This document shows positions 27,350 through 37,432 of a stretch of 64,000 bases of DNA, in pieces. This stretch comes from Bdellovibrionales bacterium (lineage in GTDB: Bacteria; Bdellovibrionota; Bdellovibrionia; Bdellovibrionales; JAGQZY01): NCBI GenBank assembly GCA_964230645.1, contig CAXRHT010000002.1, forward strand, positions 1,632,001-1,696,000. The letters are read 5' to 3'. The position numbers were made by a program, and so were the translations under genes. The notes under the pieces are model-generated. The model ran no database searches. It worked only from the letters and a program-made list of their open reading frames with translations, and was not told the DNA's origin. Numbering within the stretch: the stretch's first letter is position 1; every line of letters starts with the position of its first letter.

Positions 27350-29413
27350 TTATTTGGCCAATTCTTGTGATTTTTTTATAAGTTCAATGAACTCAGCCTT
27401 ATATTCATTGTATCCTTTATAACTCCAGCGCGCTTTATCTGCCATCTCTATAAGTTTTGGATAGGTCAGGTCACCTTTGTGCTCAGAGTTTTTTAATAGC
27501 ATTCCAAATCCTGCCACACTCGCAGTCCAACGGAGATCAGCGCTAGCTTTCTCGAAAGGACGCGACTTCTTTTGCAAAGGAAACTTTAAAAGACTGCTGT
27601 TCTTACCTTCCGGCTTTTTGTATCGGACCTTCACTGTCAAAAGTTCCTCGGAAAATTTTCCGTTTTGCTTTTGCACGGCCTTCTCTCCATCTTTTTGATA
27701 TTTCAATGGGTCAACTCCCTCTTGATCATACCCAGTGGGTTTGATTTCATAAAGAGCGACGACGGAGTGACCTGCCCCGATTTCACCAGCATCTTTTTTA
27801 TCATTGTTGAAGTCTTTGGCTTTAAGTTGTCTATTTTCGTAACCGATCAAACGATACTCCGAAACATTCTCTGGATTAAACTCGACTTGGATTTTGACGT
27901 CTTTGGCGATTGTCATTAGGGTGCCTTGAAGCTTCTCTACTAAAACTTTTTGGGCTTCCCGTTCCGTATCAAGATAAAAATAGTTCCCATTGCCTTTGTT
28001 AGAAACCTTTTCCATCATGGAATCATTGAGGTTTCCTCTTCCGAACCCTAGTACTGTAAGGAAAACATTTTTCTTTGCCTTTTCTTCCACAAGATTGATC
28101 AAGGCTTCGTCAGAGGTCGTCCCGATATTAAAATCGCCGTCAGTCGCTAGTATCACACGATTGATGCCCTCGGGTCGGAAGTTTTTATCAGCCAATTCAT
28201 AAGCCGTTTTAATTCCTTCACTTCCATGGGTGGAGCCCTCTCCGGTAAGATTATCAATTGCTCTGTGGATCTGCTCTTTGTTATCCCCACTGGTAGCATC
28301 CAAAATAACCGCCGCATTTCCCGCGTAGGTTACTAATGACACATGATCTTTACCGTCAAGCTTTTCGACAAGCTTATGGAGACCGGACTTCAACAATCCA
28401 ATCTTGTCATGAGAATCCATAGAGCCTGAAACGTCTACAAGGAAAACGAGATTGGATTGGTAGTTTTTCTTTGTTACCTCTTTACCTTTTATACCCACTC
28501 GCACCAGCTGGCGCCCTTCAGCCCATGGAGAATCTGCGACTTCTAAAGATACCTTAAAAGGCTGATTATTTTTTGGTGCTGGGTCGGAATAGTCAAAATA
28601 GTTGATCATCTCTTCTATTCGAACAGCATGATGGGGCGGCAGCTGGGAGGACTGCTGAATATATCTTCTTATGTTTGCATACGAGGCTGTATCGACATCA
28701 ATCGAAAATGTCGAGAGCGGAGTCGTTTGTGTAGATTTAAAAATGTTTGCAGAAAATGCTTGATACTCGTCCCCCCCAACAAACCCGTGAGGAGGAACAG
28801 GTCTTCTTAAGATCTTCTTTCTTTTTAGTGGGCTATGGGAAATTGCACCCGAGGCTCCAACCTGTGCGACTTCCAGGTTATTGGTCCCTTTACCTAGAGC
28901 TCTGGCTCGTGATCCAGCCTTCTGATTGGGGCGTCCAACCACTGAAGCGCCATCACTTTTCTTAGGCTCCGTTTGACCTTCTCCAGGCATAAGCTCGGGT
29001 CGAATAGCCTCATCTTTGATTGCCATACCTGTCTGTAATCCCTGACTACCATCGGATTCTTGGTCCAATATCTCTTGCTGTAGGGAAAAGAAAATTAAAA
29101 GCCCAAACACAGCAGCCACGAGAGCCCCACCTTGAAAATAGGAGCCTTTCAAAAAATTTAACAAGGACAGAGACTCTTTTGGTTCTTGCTCACTCATCTC
29201 TTTCAATAACGAAGATCGCAGTGAATCTGTCACTCTTGGCAACTCCTCGCCTTTTAATTCTTGACTTAAAAAGACTCCAAAATTTTTAATTTCTTCGACT
29301 TCTTTTTTAAGACTAGGGTTTTCATTGATATAATTTTCAACTTCCCGCCTTTCCTGCTCTGGTAGCTCGTTCAGGGCATAGGCGGCCAGTTTATCTTTAC
29401 TTAAATCTTTCAT
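27350..29413 (-). CDS. Anti-sigma-like N-terminus + TM + YfbK-type vWA protein
   Basis: LAAYALNEL..ERREVE; STFSIDVDTASY, DVSGSM MIDAS, LATDGDFN, DAGEIGAGH. Confidence 0.88.
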   Translation of the reverse strand: MKDLSKDKLAAYALNELPEQERREVENYINENPSLKKEVEEIKNFGVFLSQELKGEELPRVTDSLRSSLLKEMSEQEPKESLSLLNFLKGSYFQGGALVAAVFGLLIFFSLQQEILDQESDGSQGLQTGMAIKDEAIRPELMPGEGQTEPKKSDGASVVGRPNQKAGSRARALGKGTNNLEVAQVGASGAISHSPLKRKKILRRPVPPHGFVGGDEYQAFSANIFKSTQTTPLSTFSIDVDTASYANIRRYIQQSSQLPPHHAVRIEEMINYFDYSDPAPKNNQPFKVSLEVADSPWAEGRQLVRVGIKGKEVTKKNYQSNLVFLVDVSGSMDSHDKIGLLKSGLHKLVEKLDGKDHVSLVTYAGNAAVILDATSGDNKEQIHRAIDNLTGEGSTHGSEGIKTAYELADKNFRPEGINRVILATDGDFNIGTTSDEALINLVEEKAKKNVFLTVLGFGRGNLNDSMMEKVSNKGNGNYFYLDTEREAQKVLVEKLQGTLMTIAKDVKIQVEFNPENVSEYRLIGYENRQLKAKDFNNDKKDAGEIGAGHSVVALYEIKPTGYDQEGVDPLKYQKDGEKAVQKQNGKFSEELLTVKVRYKKPEGKNSSLLKFPLQKKSRPFEKASADLRWTASVAGFGMLLKNSEHKGDLTYPKLIEMADKARWSYKGYNEYKAEFIELIKKSQELAK

Positions 29414-29940
29414 TGTGCACCACCTTCTTGATTTGTTGTTGGCTCAGCCAATTGAGTGCGTAGTTTTTTGATTGCTTTATGTACGATCACCCCGACATGG
29501 CTGACAGATTGTCCGGTTATGTCGCTGATCTCTTTATAGGAGAGTTCCTCTTGAAATTTTAATCGAATAACTTCTTTTTGGTTGGGATTAAGTTGGGAAA
29601 TCATTTGAGTGATACGATTTTTTTGCTCGTCTTTTTGAATCCGTTCGTCAGCATTATCACTTTCAAACGGAATCTCTTGCCCTGTTTTAAACTGGCTCAT
29701 AGGTTTTTCCTTTTTCAAAAGATCAAGGGCTCGGTTGCGACTGACTCTAAACAGCCAGGCGAGCTCTTTTCCTTGCAACTTTTTGGGATCTTGTTTTAAA
29801 AGTTTAAGAAACGAATCTTGAACGATTTCTGAGGCTTTCTCGTGGCTTGTAAATTTCATTGTATAGCGCAAGAGCCTCCCCTCATACCGGAGAAAAAGTT
29901 CGCGTGCCCAGCCCTTTTTGTCTGTTACTTCCATTTTCAA
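29410..29940 (-). CDS. ECF RNA polymerase sigma factor
   Basis: EIVQDSFLKL, WLFRVSRNRALD, LSYKEIS. Confidence 0.92.
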   Translation of the reverse strand: MKMEVTDKKGWARELFLRYEGRLLRYTMKFTSHEKASEIVQDSFLKLLKQDPKKLQGKELAWLFRVSRNRALDLLKKEKPMSQFKTGQEIPFESDNADERIQKDEQKNRITQMISQLNPNQKEVIRLKFQEELSYKEISDITGQSVSHVGVIVHKAIKKLRTQLAEPTTNQEGGAQ

Positions 29941-30062
29941 CCTTTGTCCTGTCTCTTAAATCATAACGATTGAAATGGAGATTTATTAGCTTTGGCCTTT
30001 AAAAAAAAATTACTCAATGATTTCGTTGACTTGAGACGAGATGAGCCTATTTTTATTGTTTT

Positions 30063-30773
30063 TTACCAACAGATCATATCTGTGATTTGCCCTTCTTTTG
30101 TGACGAGTTGGGCTCTGGAGATAGACTCGCTTTGATTGATAATGACTTTGTAAGAGCCATTTTTCGCTTCAAATTGTTTTCGACCAGGTCCAATATCATT
30201 GAGGTAGCCGGAATTGAAATGAATGCCAGGCTCAGACGTCATTGGACCGTGCATCTTGAGCCCGACCCACTCTGTGTCAGGTCCTGTAGGACTCGGGTCT
30301 TTTATTTTAATATATTGAATACTGAAATCGACCTGCTCCACCTCATTGAAGCAAAATTCCTCATAATAAAGAGGCTCCATTATTCCACTATGAAGTTCCG
30401 ACCTTGCGAAGAGAAGGTTGCGGTACTTCACAAAATGGGGATTGTAGCCATTGGATTGAACCTGATCAAAAACTTCAAATTCTTGAAAGGAGGATTCACA
30501 TTCTCTTAACTGAAACTCAGCTTCACGCTGTGGGTAATTAACATAAAGGTTCCCTATTGGCGCGCCCTCTTCGATAATACAATCTGGATTCTTGGTGAAA
30601 TGATCGTAGAGAACTTTTTCGGGCATTTGTCCATTCGTATCAAAAAAGACAAAGCGACTACTACTTTGAGATTGAGTGAGACTCGAACCACTGTTCTGCC
30701 GAGAGCAATTATTGAACATTAACATCACCGGTAGAGTGCATAGTATAAAAAGGAAATATTGATTTTTGCCCAT
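30063..30773 (-). CDS. Hypothetical lipoprotein with FNNC lipobox
   Basis: LMFNNCS then Ser-rich linker. Confidence 0.7.
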   Translation of the reverse strand: MGKNQYFLFILCTLPVMLMFNNCSRQNSGSSLTQSQSSSRFVFFDTNGQMPEKVLYDHFTKNPDCIIEEGAPIGNLYVNYPQREAEFQLRECESSFQEFEVFDQVQSNGYNPHFVKYRNLLFARSELHSGIMEPLYYEEFCFNEVEQVDFSIQYIKIKDPSPTGPDTEWVGLKMHGPMTSEPGIHFNSGYLNDIGPGRKQFEAKNGSYKVIINQSESISRAQLVTKEGQITDMICW

Positions 30774-30970
30774 ACAAAAGTTTTATCGGAACAAATGGCG
30801 TTTTTTTAAGGGTAGATCATGCTAAAATACGTTCCATTTTGACAATTAGAGTTCAAATCGAATGAAATGAATTTTCTTTTCAATCTCATCTGATCGTGTC
30901 CCTTTTTGATATGGACTTTTTAACTCTCCATTCCTAAAATACGACTGAATCAAAAAAAGGGGATCTTGCA

Positions 30971-32026
30971 TTGCTTACGAAAAATCGATTTAGCTTTAAA
31001 GAAGTCATTTTATGGACACGACATGAAATTCCATTTTTTCTTATTTACCCAGCACTTGTGACCTATCTCTACGCTAACCACGATATTTTTCCCTTTCACA
31101 TACCCTGGACTCCGATGGCTATTATTGGTACGGCCGTGGCCTTCCTTGTAGGTTTTCAAAATAACGCTGCATATGGTCGCATTTGGGAGGCGCGGAAGAT
31201 CTGGGGTGGGATTGTTAATAACTCCAGAAACTTTGGAATGAAAGTGCAAGACTTGGTTCGGAGTGGACCTAAGGACCTCTCTAAAGAGCAACTTCGCAAA
31301 GTCCACACTTCCCTAATATATCGTCATATTGGATGGTTAACAGCTCTAAGACACGCCATGAGAGAAGCCAGGCCCTGGGAAATACAAAATTTAAAAAGAA
31401 CCAATCAAGAGTGGAATAGCAAGATTGTTATTCCCGAACACCAAAACACTTTACAGCATGACCTCACCGACTATTTGCCTCTTAGCGAGCTTGATTATGT
31501 CCTTTCGAAAAAAAATAAAGCGACTACAATTCTCTACCTGCAGTCCCGCCACTTACGCAAATTAAAAGAAGAGGGTTTAATCTGGGAATTCGCCTATCTA
31601 GAGTTTCAAAAGGTTCTTGAAGAGTTCTTCAATCTACAAGGGAAATCTGAGAGGATTAAAAACTTCCCTTATCCTCGTCAGTACACCACCATCACTTTTT
31701 TTGCGACATGGTCTTTTTTAATACTTCTACCTCTCGGAATTATTCCGCAATTCATCTCACTGGCCCACACAAACGCCATCGAGAATTCCACCTTAGAGCC
31801 GATCTTCATCTGGTTGTCTGTTCCATTTTGTGCTATCGTTTCCTGGGTGTTTCACACGATGGAGCGTATTGGCCGGATCGGTGAGAATCCTTTTGAAGGA
31901 ACTCCTAACGATGTGCCGATTTCTCAAATTTCTAGAGGGATTGAAATCGATCTGCGCCAACAGCTCAATGAAGATAGTAAGTCCATTCCCGAACCCTTTG
32001 CCGAGGATCATCATGTTCAAATGTAA
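30971..32026 (+). CDS. Bestrophin family (YneE-like) anion channel
   Basis: GFQNNAAYGRIWEARKIWG, ERIKNFPYP, ENPF..NDVP. Confidence 0.9.
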   Translation: MLTKNRFSFKEVILWTRHEIPFFLIYPALVTYLYANHDIFPFHIPWTPMAIIGTAVAFLVGFQNNAAYGRIWEARKIWGGIVNNSRNFGMKVQDLVRSGPKDLSKEQLRKVHTSLIYRHIGWLTALRHAMREARPWEIQNLKRTNQEWNSKIVIPEHQNTLQHDLTDYLPLSELDYVLSKKNKATTILYLQSRHLRKLKEEGLIWEFAYLEFQKVLEEFFNLQGKSERIKNFPYPRQYTTITFFATWSFLILLPLGIIPQFISLAHTNAIENSTLEPIFIWLSVPFCAIVSWVFHTMERIGRIGENPFEGTPNDVPISQISRGIEIDLRQQLNEDSKSIPEPFAEDHHVQM

Positions 32027-32507
32027 TCTTTTTTTTCTGTTAGTAATCATCTCATTCAATGTCTCTTGCGCTATGAAGAAAAAGATTGAGGGCCCCATTG
32101 CCGATATGACCAAGGTTTGCCGAGAAGGGCAAAAACTTGTGTTTCAGATCATTCCATTTGAAAGAGGAGATTTTACAGTCTCCGATGAAAAAATTCTCAC
32201 AGGTCCCAATGAGAGAACCTATGATTTGAAAAAAAGTGTGGCGCAAAGTTATGGACTCGAATGGTTACAATTGAAGTTCAAAAATCAACTTCTTTACAGC
32301 TTGTGGTACGGCCCCAGAGGTTCCTTTGAAAAGGATATGGATCGAGTGGGCATTAACACTTACTATATTCGCGACCAACGTGGAAAGAAGCTCAACTCTT
32401 TTAATAGAGAGATGATGTACACCAAAGACCTCAGTGGTCGGGTGATAACCATCGAACATCAAGGCTCTGCGGTCAATGGAGTGATGGTTACCTGTACTAA
32501 ACTTTAG
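32013..32507 (+). CDS. Hypothetical lipoprotein
   Basis: ATG 32013 gives MFKCNLFFLLVIISFNVSC; the upstream extension in the track overlaps the bestrophin gene. Confidence 0.6.
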   Translation: MFKCNLFFLLVIISFNVSCAMKKKIEGPIADMTKVCREGQKLVFQIIPFERGDFTVSDEKILTGPNERTYDLKKSVAQSYGLEWLQLKFKNQLLYSLWYGPRGSFEKDMDRVGINTYYIRDQRGKKLNSFNREMMYTKDLSGRVITIEHQGSAVNGVMVTCTKL

Positions 32508-32517
32508 AGTTTAATTC

Positions 32518-33276
32518 TTAAGCCACATCGATTGTAGGCTTGGTGAAAATATAAGGCTTTTTTTCGGTCACCATAACAGTGTGCTCAAATTGGGCGGTAA
32601 AGTATTGAGGATCGTAAAGCGTCCAACCATCGCCGGCTTCCACCAAAATTTCAGCGCCTGTTGAAATAATCGGTTCGATTGCGACCACATGGTTCTTCTG
32701 AAAACACCGCTTATCTTTTTTGACGTAGAAGTTAGAGATAAATTCTGGTTCTTCATGCAGAGAACGTCCTACTCCATGTCCCCCGAGATTTTTGATCACA
32801 GTGAGGTTTTCTCGATGAGCAAACTTTTCAATCGCTTGGCCCATTTGGTTTAAAGGAATTCCATCCGATACGTTTTTAAGTGCCACCTTAAGAGCCTTCT
32901 TCGTCGAGGTGCATAAGTTATGCTTTTCATCGCTTCCACGCCCCAAAACGAAAGAGCCTCCCGTGTCCGCAAAAAAACCGCCTCGCTCCGCAGAGACGTC
33001 AATGTTAATGAGATGTCCTTCTTTTAAGATCTGAGAGTTCGGAACTCCATGAACACCAGCGTGTTCCACACTAATACAAGTTGAGCCGGGAAAATTATAA
33101 ACTTTTCGAGGAGCCGAATGGGCTCCATGCTTCTTTAAGAAGCGTGCGCCAATGTCATCGAGCTCCTCTGTGGTCATACCAATTTTAGCGGCACTCTTCA
33201 TGGTGGCAAGGCAGTTCGCCACAATTTCACCGATGGTTTTCATCGCTTCAAACTCATTATCCGTTTCTATACACAT
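32518..33276 (-). CDS. map: Type I methionine aminopeptidase
   Basis: VHGVP, INIDVS, DTG, GHGVG..LHEEP, IEP, AQFEHT. Confidence 0.95.
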   Translation of the reverse strand: MCIETDNEFEAMKTIGEIVANCLATMKSAAKIGMTTEELDDIGARFLKKHGAHSAPRKVYNFPGSTCISVEHAGVHGVPNSQILKEGHLINIDVSAERGGFFADTGGSFVLGRGSDEKHNLCTSTKKALKVALKNVSDGIPLNQMGQAIEKFAHRENLTVIKNLGGHGVGRSLHEEPEFISNFYVKKDKRCFQKNHVVAIEPIISTGAEILVEAGDGWTLYDPQYFTAQFEHTVMVTEKKPYIFTKPTIDVA

Positions 33277-33286
33277 TCGTTTTGTC

Positions 33287-33598
33287 CTAACGCTTTAGGT
33301 CCCAATATAGATCATCATCAGCTTCGTATTCAAGCTCGTCTATATAGGAATAGGAATCCCACATAAATTCCGCAATCTGAAGATTCTTGGCCTCCCCACC
33401 AGGACGCATCACAATGAAAAGAAGACTGGCAGCCAACAAACCACCCATAGGAAGAAGGAGATTCCACCTCCTCCAAATTGGCCCTTGGGAATGGATCCTC
33501 TTTTGAAGTTGATCCCATTCTTTCTCAGGGGGGGGCGGAATTTTCGAATCATGAGACTTCAAAAATGCTTTAAGGTCTTTATCTTTTTTATCCATCAT
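33287..33598 (-). CDS. Small single-TM putative anti-sigma factor
   Basis: Overlaps ECF gene stop; one TM helix. Confidence 0.6.
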   Translation of the reverse strand: MMDKKDKDLKAFLKSHDSKIPPPPEKEWDQLQKRIHSQGPIWRRWNLLLPMGGLLAASLLFIVMRPGGEAKNLQIAEFMWDSYSYIDELEYEADDDLYWDLKR

Positions 33599-34007
33599 AC
33601 TCGAATCCTAGTTTTTTTAAGTTCTCTAAAAACTCTTTTCTTCCTTTATGAAGTCTCGATTTCACTGTCCCTGGAGGCAGTTCTAAACTCTCAGCCACCT
33701 CTTTCACACTGAGACCCATCTTATAAAAAAGTACGAACGGAGCTTTCGTCGGCATATCCATAAGCTGTATGCTTTTCTCAATCCCTTCTCGAAGTTCTAG
33801 AGAAGAAGTTTCAGGCTGAGGTTCACGACTTTCAACAATAAGCTTAAGATCACGAGACTTTTTTTTCAGGTAGTCCTTTGCGGTATTGACAGCAATACGA
33901 TAAATCCAAGTTCTTATTTCAGAATCACCTTTAAATTTATGGCGTGTCTTCCAAATCTTTACAAAGGTCTCTTGCACAAGGTCATCTAAAGGTTGTGCCC
34001 CTACCAT
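33588..34007 (-). CDS. ECF RNA polymerase sigma factor; true start probably near 34070-34076
   Basis: DDLVQETFVKIW, TWIYRIAVN, GTVKSRLHKGR. Confidence 0.9.
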   Translation of the reverse strand: MVGAQPLDDLVQETFVKIWKTRHKFKGDSEIRTWIYRIAVNTAKDYLKKKSRDLKLIVESREPQPETSSLELREGIEKSIQLMDMPTKAPFVLFYKMGLSVKEVAESLELPPGTVKSRLHKGRKEFLENLKKLGFEYDG

Positions 34008-34062
34008 CCAATAAAGGGAGGAGCGAACAAAAGATCTATGGATTTGATAAATTTCTTCGAAG

Positions 34063-34491
34063 TTATCGATTTTTATGCTTCCATCTATGGTTTTTCTTGC
34101 CGCGCTTTTGTCTCATCTCTTGGAAGAGCTTTCTCTGCTCAGGTGTTAAGATTTCTCGAATACTGAGCATTTTTTCAAAGCGTATCTTCGCGATTTCTGT
34201 TTTTTTCGATTGCAGTTCATTATGAAGTTTTGTGAGTTCCACCTTCGAGGCATCCGAGCCAAGAGCTTCTTTAAACTTTTTTCGCACCTCACGCATCTCT
34301 GCTCTCTTCGCTTTCATATCGGGATTGTTTTTCCGCAGCTCCTTCATCTTTTCTTTTTGCTCAGCTGTCAGCTCTAGCTTTTTCATCATTCTTTTAAAAT
34401 GGCCCTTACCTGGTTTGGCCAATGACGGCTGACTGATTAAAGACAATCCTAGTAAAATAGCTATTAAAACCGTGAAGTTTTTCATTCTCAT
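34063..34491 (-). CDS. Spy/CpxP-family periplasmic chaperone
   Basis: Signal peptide; two LTxxQ motifs (LELTAEQ, ILTPEQ); AAAGGAG RBS before ATG 34491. Confidence 0.88.
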   Translation of the reverse strand: MRMKNFTVLIAILLGLSLISQPSLAKPGKGHFKRMMKKLELTAEQKEKMKELRKNNPDMKAKRAEMREVRKKFKEALGSDASKVELTKLHNELQSKKTEIAKIRFEKMLSIREILTPEQRKLFQEMRQKRGKKNHRWKHKNR

Positions 34492-34521
34492 CTCAAATCT
34501 CCTTTGAAACATTCTAAGCTT

Positions 34522-34549
34522 TAGACGACCCACAACTCCAAAAGGTTCA
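34522..34549 (-). promoter_or_regulatory. ECF-sigma-type promoter of the spy-ECF operon
   Basis: TGAACC-16 nt-CGTCTA. Confidence 0.7.
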
Positions 34550-34713
34550 GATTTTTTTATTATTCTATAACCCTTTGGTTTTCGCTATTTTTTCCGGCTT
34601 AGACTCGAAAAATGAGGTGCTGTGGCGAGATCAAGATTTCACTTCCTGGCCTTTTCTCTTAATAAACTCTCTCAAACCCCACCCAAATACCGTATTCCTA
34701 TTTTGGCACCGGG

Positions 34714-35616
34714 ATGACTGGCCACCAGACACATTCATCGTTATCCTTTATAAAGATGCGATGTTCTATTTTGAGACTGTTATTGCTCCTTTTCCTACCT
34801 GTTTCCAGCATGGCGCAAGTCAGCCAAAACTTTATAACAGACGAGCCTCCTCCCGTTTATGAAATGGGGATGGGGGGTATTGGACTCAACCTTCCTGACT
34901 ACCCTGGCTCCAGCAATAATCGCTTTCGCGCCGTACCCTTCCCTTATTATATATATCGTGGAAAGTATTTCCGCTCTGATGATGAGGGCACAAGAGCCCG
35001 TCTTCTTTCCTCCCCTTTTCACGAACTGGGCATGAGCTTTGGTTTTAACTTTCCCGTCAACTCGGGAGACAGCCCCGCCAGACAGGGCATGCCCGATCTC
35101 GATGCTCTTATGGAGATTGGTCCGCGCCTTCTCTTTCGGTTTCTTAAATCAGCTCCCAACCATCGTCTCAACTTTTCTGTTTCCGCTCGGGCTGTTTTTT
35201 CTTCCAAGTTTAGTTTCGATAATCTTTTACGCCATGAGGGATATACTATTATACCTCAAATCAATTATTGGTATCGCTGGAGAGAGTCTAAAACGACCCT
35301 TTTCTCTTCTCTCAGCTTTGATTTTGGAACAGCCAAGTACAATCGCTATTTCTTCAATGTCCCAGAGGCCTACGCGACCGCTGAGCGTTCTGCTTATCTA
35401 GCAAAGTCAGGCCTTGTTGAAACCTCGCTCGCTTTGGGAGTTGGCCAGGAAATTAATGAAGACTTGTTTGTTTTTGGTGGTGGATCATGGAGAAATCTCG
35501 ATTGGGCCAGTAATCAGCAAAGCCCACTGGTTGAAAAAACCAACAACGTCGGTTTTATCCTGGGATTTGTTTGGACGTTTTATATGTCAGAGGAACGTGT
35601 TAAAAGGCTGAAATGA
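34714..35616 (+). CDS. MipA/OmpV family outer membrane protein; start probably 34756
   Basis: PDYPGS..PFPY, RQGMPDLD..EIGP, YNRYFFNV. Confidence 0.8.
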   Translation: MTGHQTHSSLSFIKMRCSILRLLLLLFLPVSSMAQVSQNFITDEPPPVYEMGMGGIGLNLPDYPGSSNNRFRAVPFPYYIYRGKYFRSDDEGTRARLLSSPFHELGMSFGFNFPVNSGDSPARQGMPDLDALMEIGPRLLFRFLKSAPNHRLNFSVSARAVFSSKFSFDNLLRHEGYTIIPQINYWYRWRESKTTLFSSLSFDFGTAKYNRYFFNVPEAYATAERSAYLAKSGLVETSLALGVGQEINEDLFVFGGGSWRNLDWASNQQSPLVEKTNNVGFILGFVWTFYMSEERVKRLK

Positions 35617-35769
35617 TCCAGCGATTGTTTCAGACCCTTGTATTTCTATGCTGCCTTTCGAGCGGCTACTTTTTCTATAAAATGACAGGTGGAGATTGGC
35701 TAAATGGGGCGATTTTTGCTATAGGGTTAACCGGTATATTTTTTAGTATGATTCGCAAAAAGGAATAAT

Positions 35770-36879
35770 ATGATCTGGAATCTGGTTATCGTTCTTCTAC
35801 TGGCCTTTTCTTCTGAACCTAAAAACAACATAACTGGAGAATCCGAGGGACAAAAGTTCCAGGTTATTGAAATGGCCTCGGATCTGCACATCCCCTGGGG
35901 TTTTGATTTTTTAGATAGCCAAACCATGATCTTCACCGAAAAAAACGGCAAAATCTCCCTTCTTAATTTAGAGACTAAAAAAATCACTCCTGTGGCTCTT
36001 GATTTCACCAGTTATGAACGAGGCCAGGGCGGACTCATGGATATTAAAATCCATCCTAACTACCCTGAAAAACCTTGGATTTATATAACCAAGACCGATA
36101 AAAAGGCGGGAGAACTCACCACCACACTCGCTCGATTCCAACTAAAATCCAACAAGGTCACAGATTTTAATAAGCTTTTAGTCACTAACGCTACCTCCGA
36201 TACCACTCGACATTTTGGCTCTCGTATCACTTTTGATGAGCAAGGCTTTCTTTATTTCTCCGTCGGCGAGAGGGGGCGTAGGGATAAAGCCCAAGACCTC
36301 TCCACCCATGCCGGGAGTGTATTAAGACTAATGGATGATGGCTCAGTCCCTAAAGACAACCCCTTTTACAATCGCAAAAATGCTCAAAACGAAATCTGGA
36401 GCTATGGGCATCGCAACCCTCAAGGCCTGGTTTACGACAAAGATCGTAATATTCTCTGGGAAATGGAGCACGGCCCTCAGGGGGGTGATGAAATCAATCG
36501 CATCAAAAAGGCAAAAAATTACGGGTGGCCGGTGATTAGCTACGGCGAAGAGTATGGCACTTCAACGCCTGTGGGTGAGAAGAAAAAAAAGGGAATGATG
36601 CAACCTGTGCACTACTACGTTCCCTCGATCGCTCCTTGTGGGCTTGAGGTTTATAGCGGCAAGGCCTTCCCCAAATGGAAAGGGGATTTATTCTCTGGAG
36701 CGCTCAAGCTGACCCACCTTAACCGAGTGGTCATGGATCAGAACGGAAAATTTGTGAAAGAAGAGCGTCTGCTCAAAGATCTAAGCCAAAGGGTCAGAAA
36801 TGTTAAGGAAAGCCCAGAGGGGCACCTTTATATTTCCACAGACTCTGGTTACATATACGCCATAAAGCCCTCAAAATAG
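35770..36879 (+). CDS. PQQ-dependent glucose/sorbosone dehydrogenase family protein
   Basis: GQGGLMDI, HFGSRI, SYGHRNPQG, EHGPQGGDE, NYGWP. Confidence 0.92.
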   Translation: MIWNLVIVLLLAFSSEPKNNITGESEGQKFQVIEMASDLHIPWGFDFLDSQTMIFTEKNGKISLLNLETKKITPVALDFTSYERGQGGLMDIKIHPNYPEKPWIYITKTDKKAGELTTTLARFQLKSNKVTDFNKLLVTNATSDTTRHFGSRITFDEQGFLYFSVGERGRRDKAQDLSTHAGSVLRLMDDGSVPKDNPFYNRKNAQNEIWSYGHRNPQGLVYDKDRNILWEMEHGPQGGDEINRIKKAKNYGWPVISYGEEYGTSTPVGEKKKKGMMQPVHYYVPSIAPCGLEVYSGKAFPKWKGDLFSGALKLTHLNRVVMDQNGKFVKEERLLKDLSQRVRNVKESPEGHLYISTDSGYIYAIKPSK

Positions 36880-37109
36880 CGCTGTTTTTATTCAGCTCCA
36901 ACCAAAAGGCCAATGAGTCTGGTTTTTCCCTCAGGCTGGCCTTTGCACTAAAAAAATCACCCGATTTATCTTGGATCTTGCCTTTCTTCTCTACAGAAGA
37001 TACACCTGAAATTGTTCTCACTCTTGAGGTTTGATTGGCGCTAAAATTTTGGCCCCATTTGAATAATAGATTGCGGGCAGAAATTTTAGAATAATAAAGG
37101 AATACTATT

Positions 37110-37310
37110 ATGAATACAGGTAAAGTTAAGTTTTTTAACGCGACAAAAGGTTTTGGATTTATCACTAAAGATGATGGGAAAGACATTTTCTTTCACATTT
37201 CATCTGTTCAAGGTGGCACTGAGCCTCAAGACGGTGACACAGTGGAATTCGAAGTTGGTGAAGGGAACAAAGGTCCATGCGCCTTAAACGTAACTGTTAA
37301 AGCTAACTAA
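37110..37310 (+). CDS. Cold-shock protein
   Basis: GKVKFFN..KGFGFI, DIFFHIS. Confidence 0.95.
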   Translation: MNTGKVKFFNATKGFGFITKDDGKDIFFHISSVQGGTEPQDGDTVEFEVGEGNKGPCALNVTVKAN

Positions 37311-37326
37311 ATTTTAAATTTTAAAG

Positions 37327-37365
37327 AAGCCAGCTCTATCTTTTTTGATCCAGCTGGCTTTTTTT
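37327..37365 (+). terminator. Intrinsic terminator after csp
   Basis: AAGCCAGCT...AGCTGGCTT followed by T-tract. Confidence 0.7.
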
Positions 37366-37432
37366 ATTTCTCATCCTAAAAAAATTAAACACTCCCCACA
37401 AAAAACTCTAACCAGTAAATCCTAGTAACATC

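Noticed and set aside
31830..32012. N-terminal extension of the 225-aa ORF in the track
   Set aside because: Lies inside the bestrophin gene; ATG 32013 gives a proper lipoprotein signal
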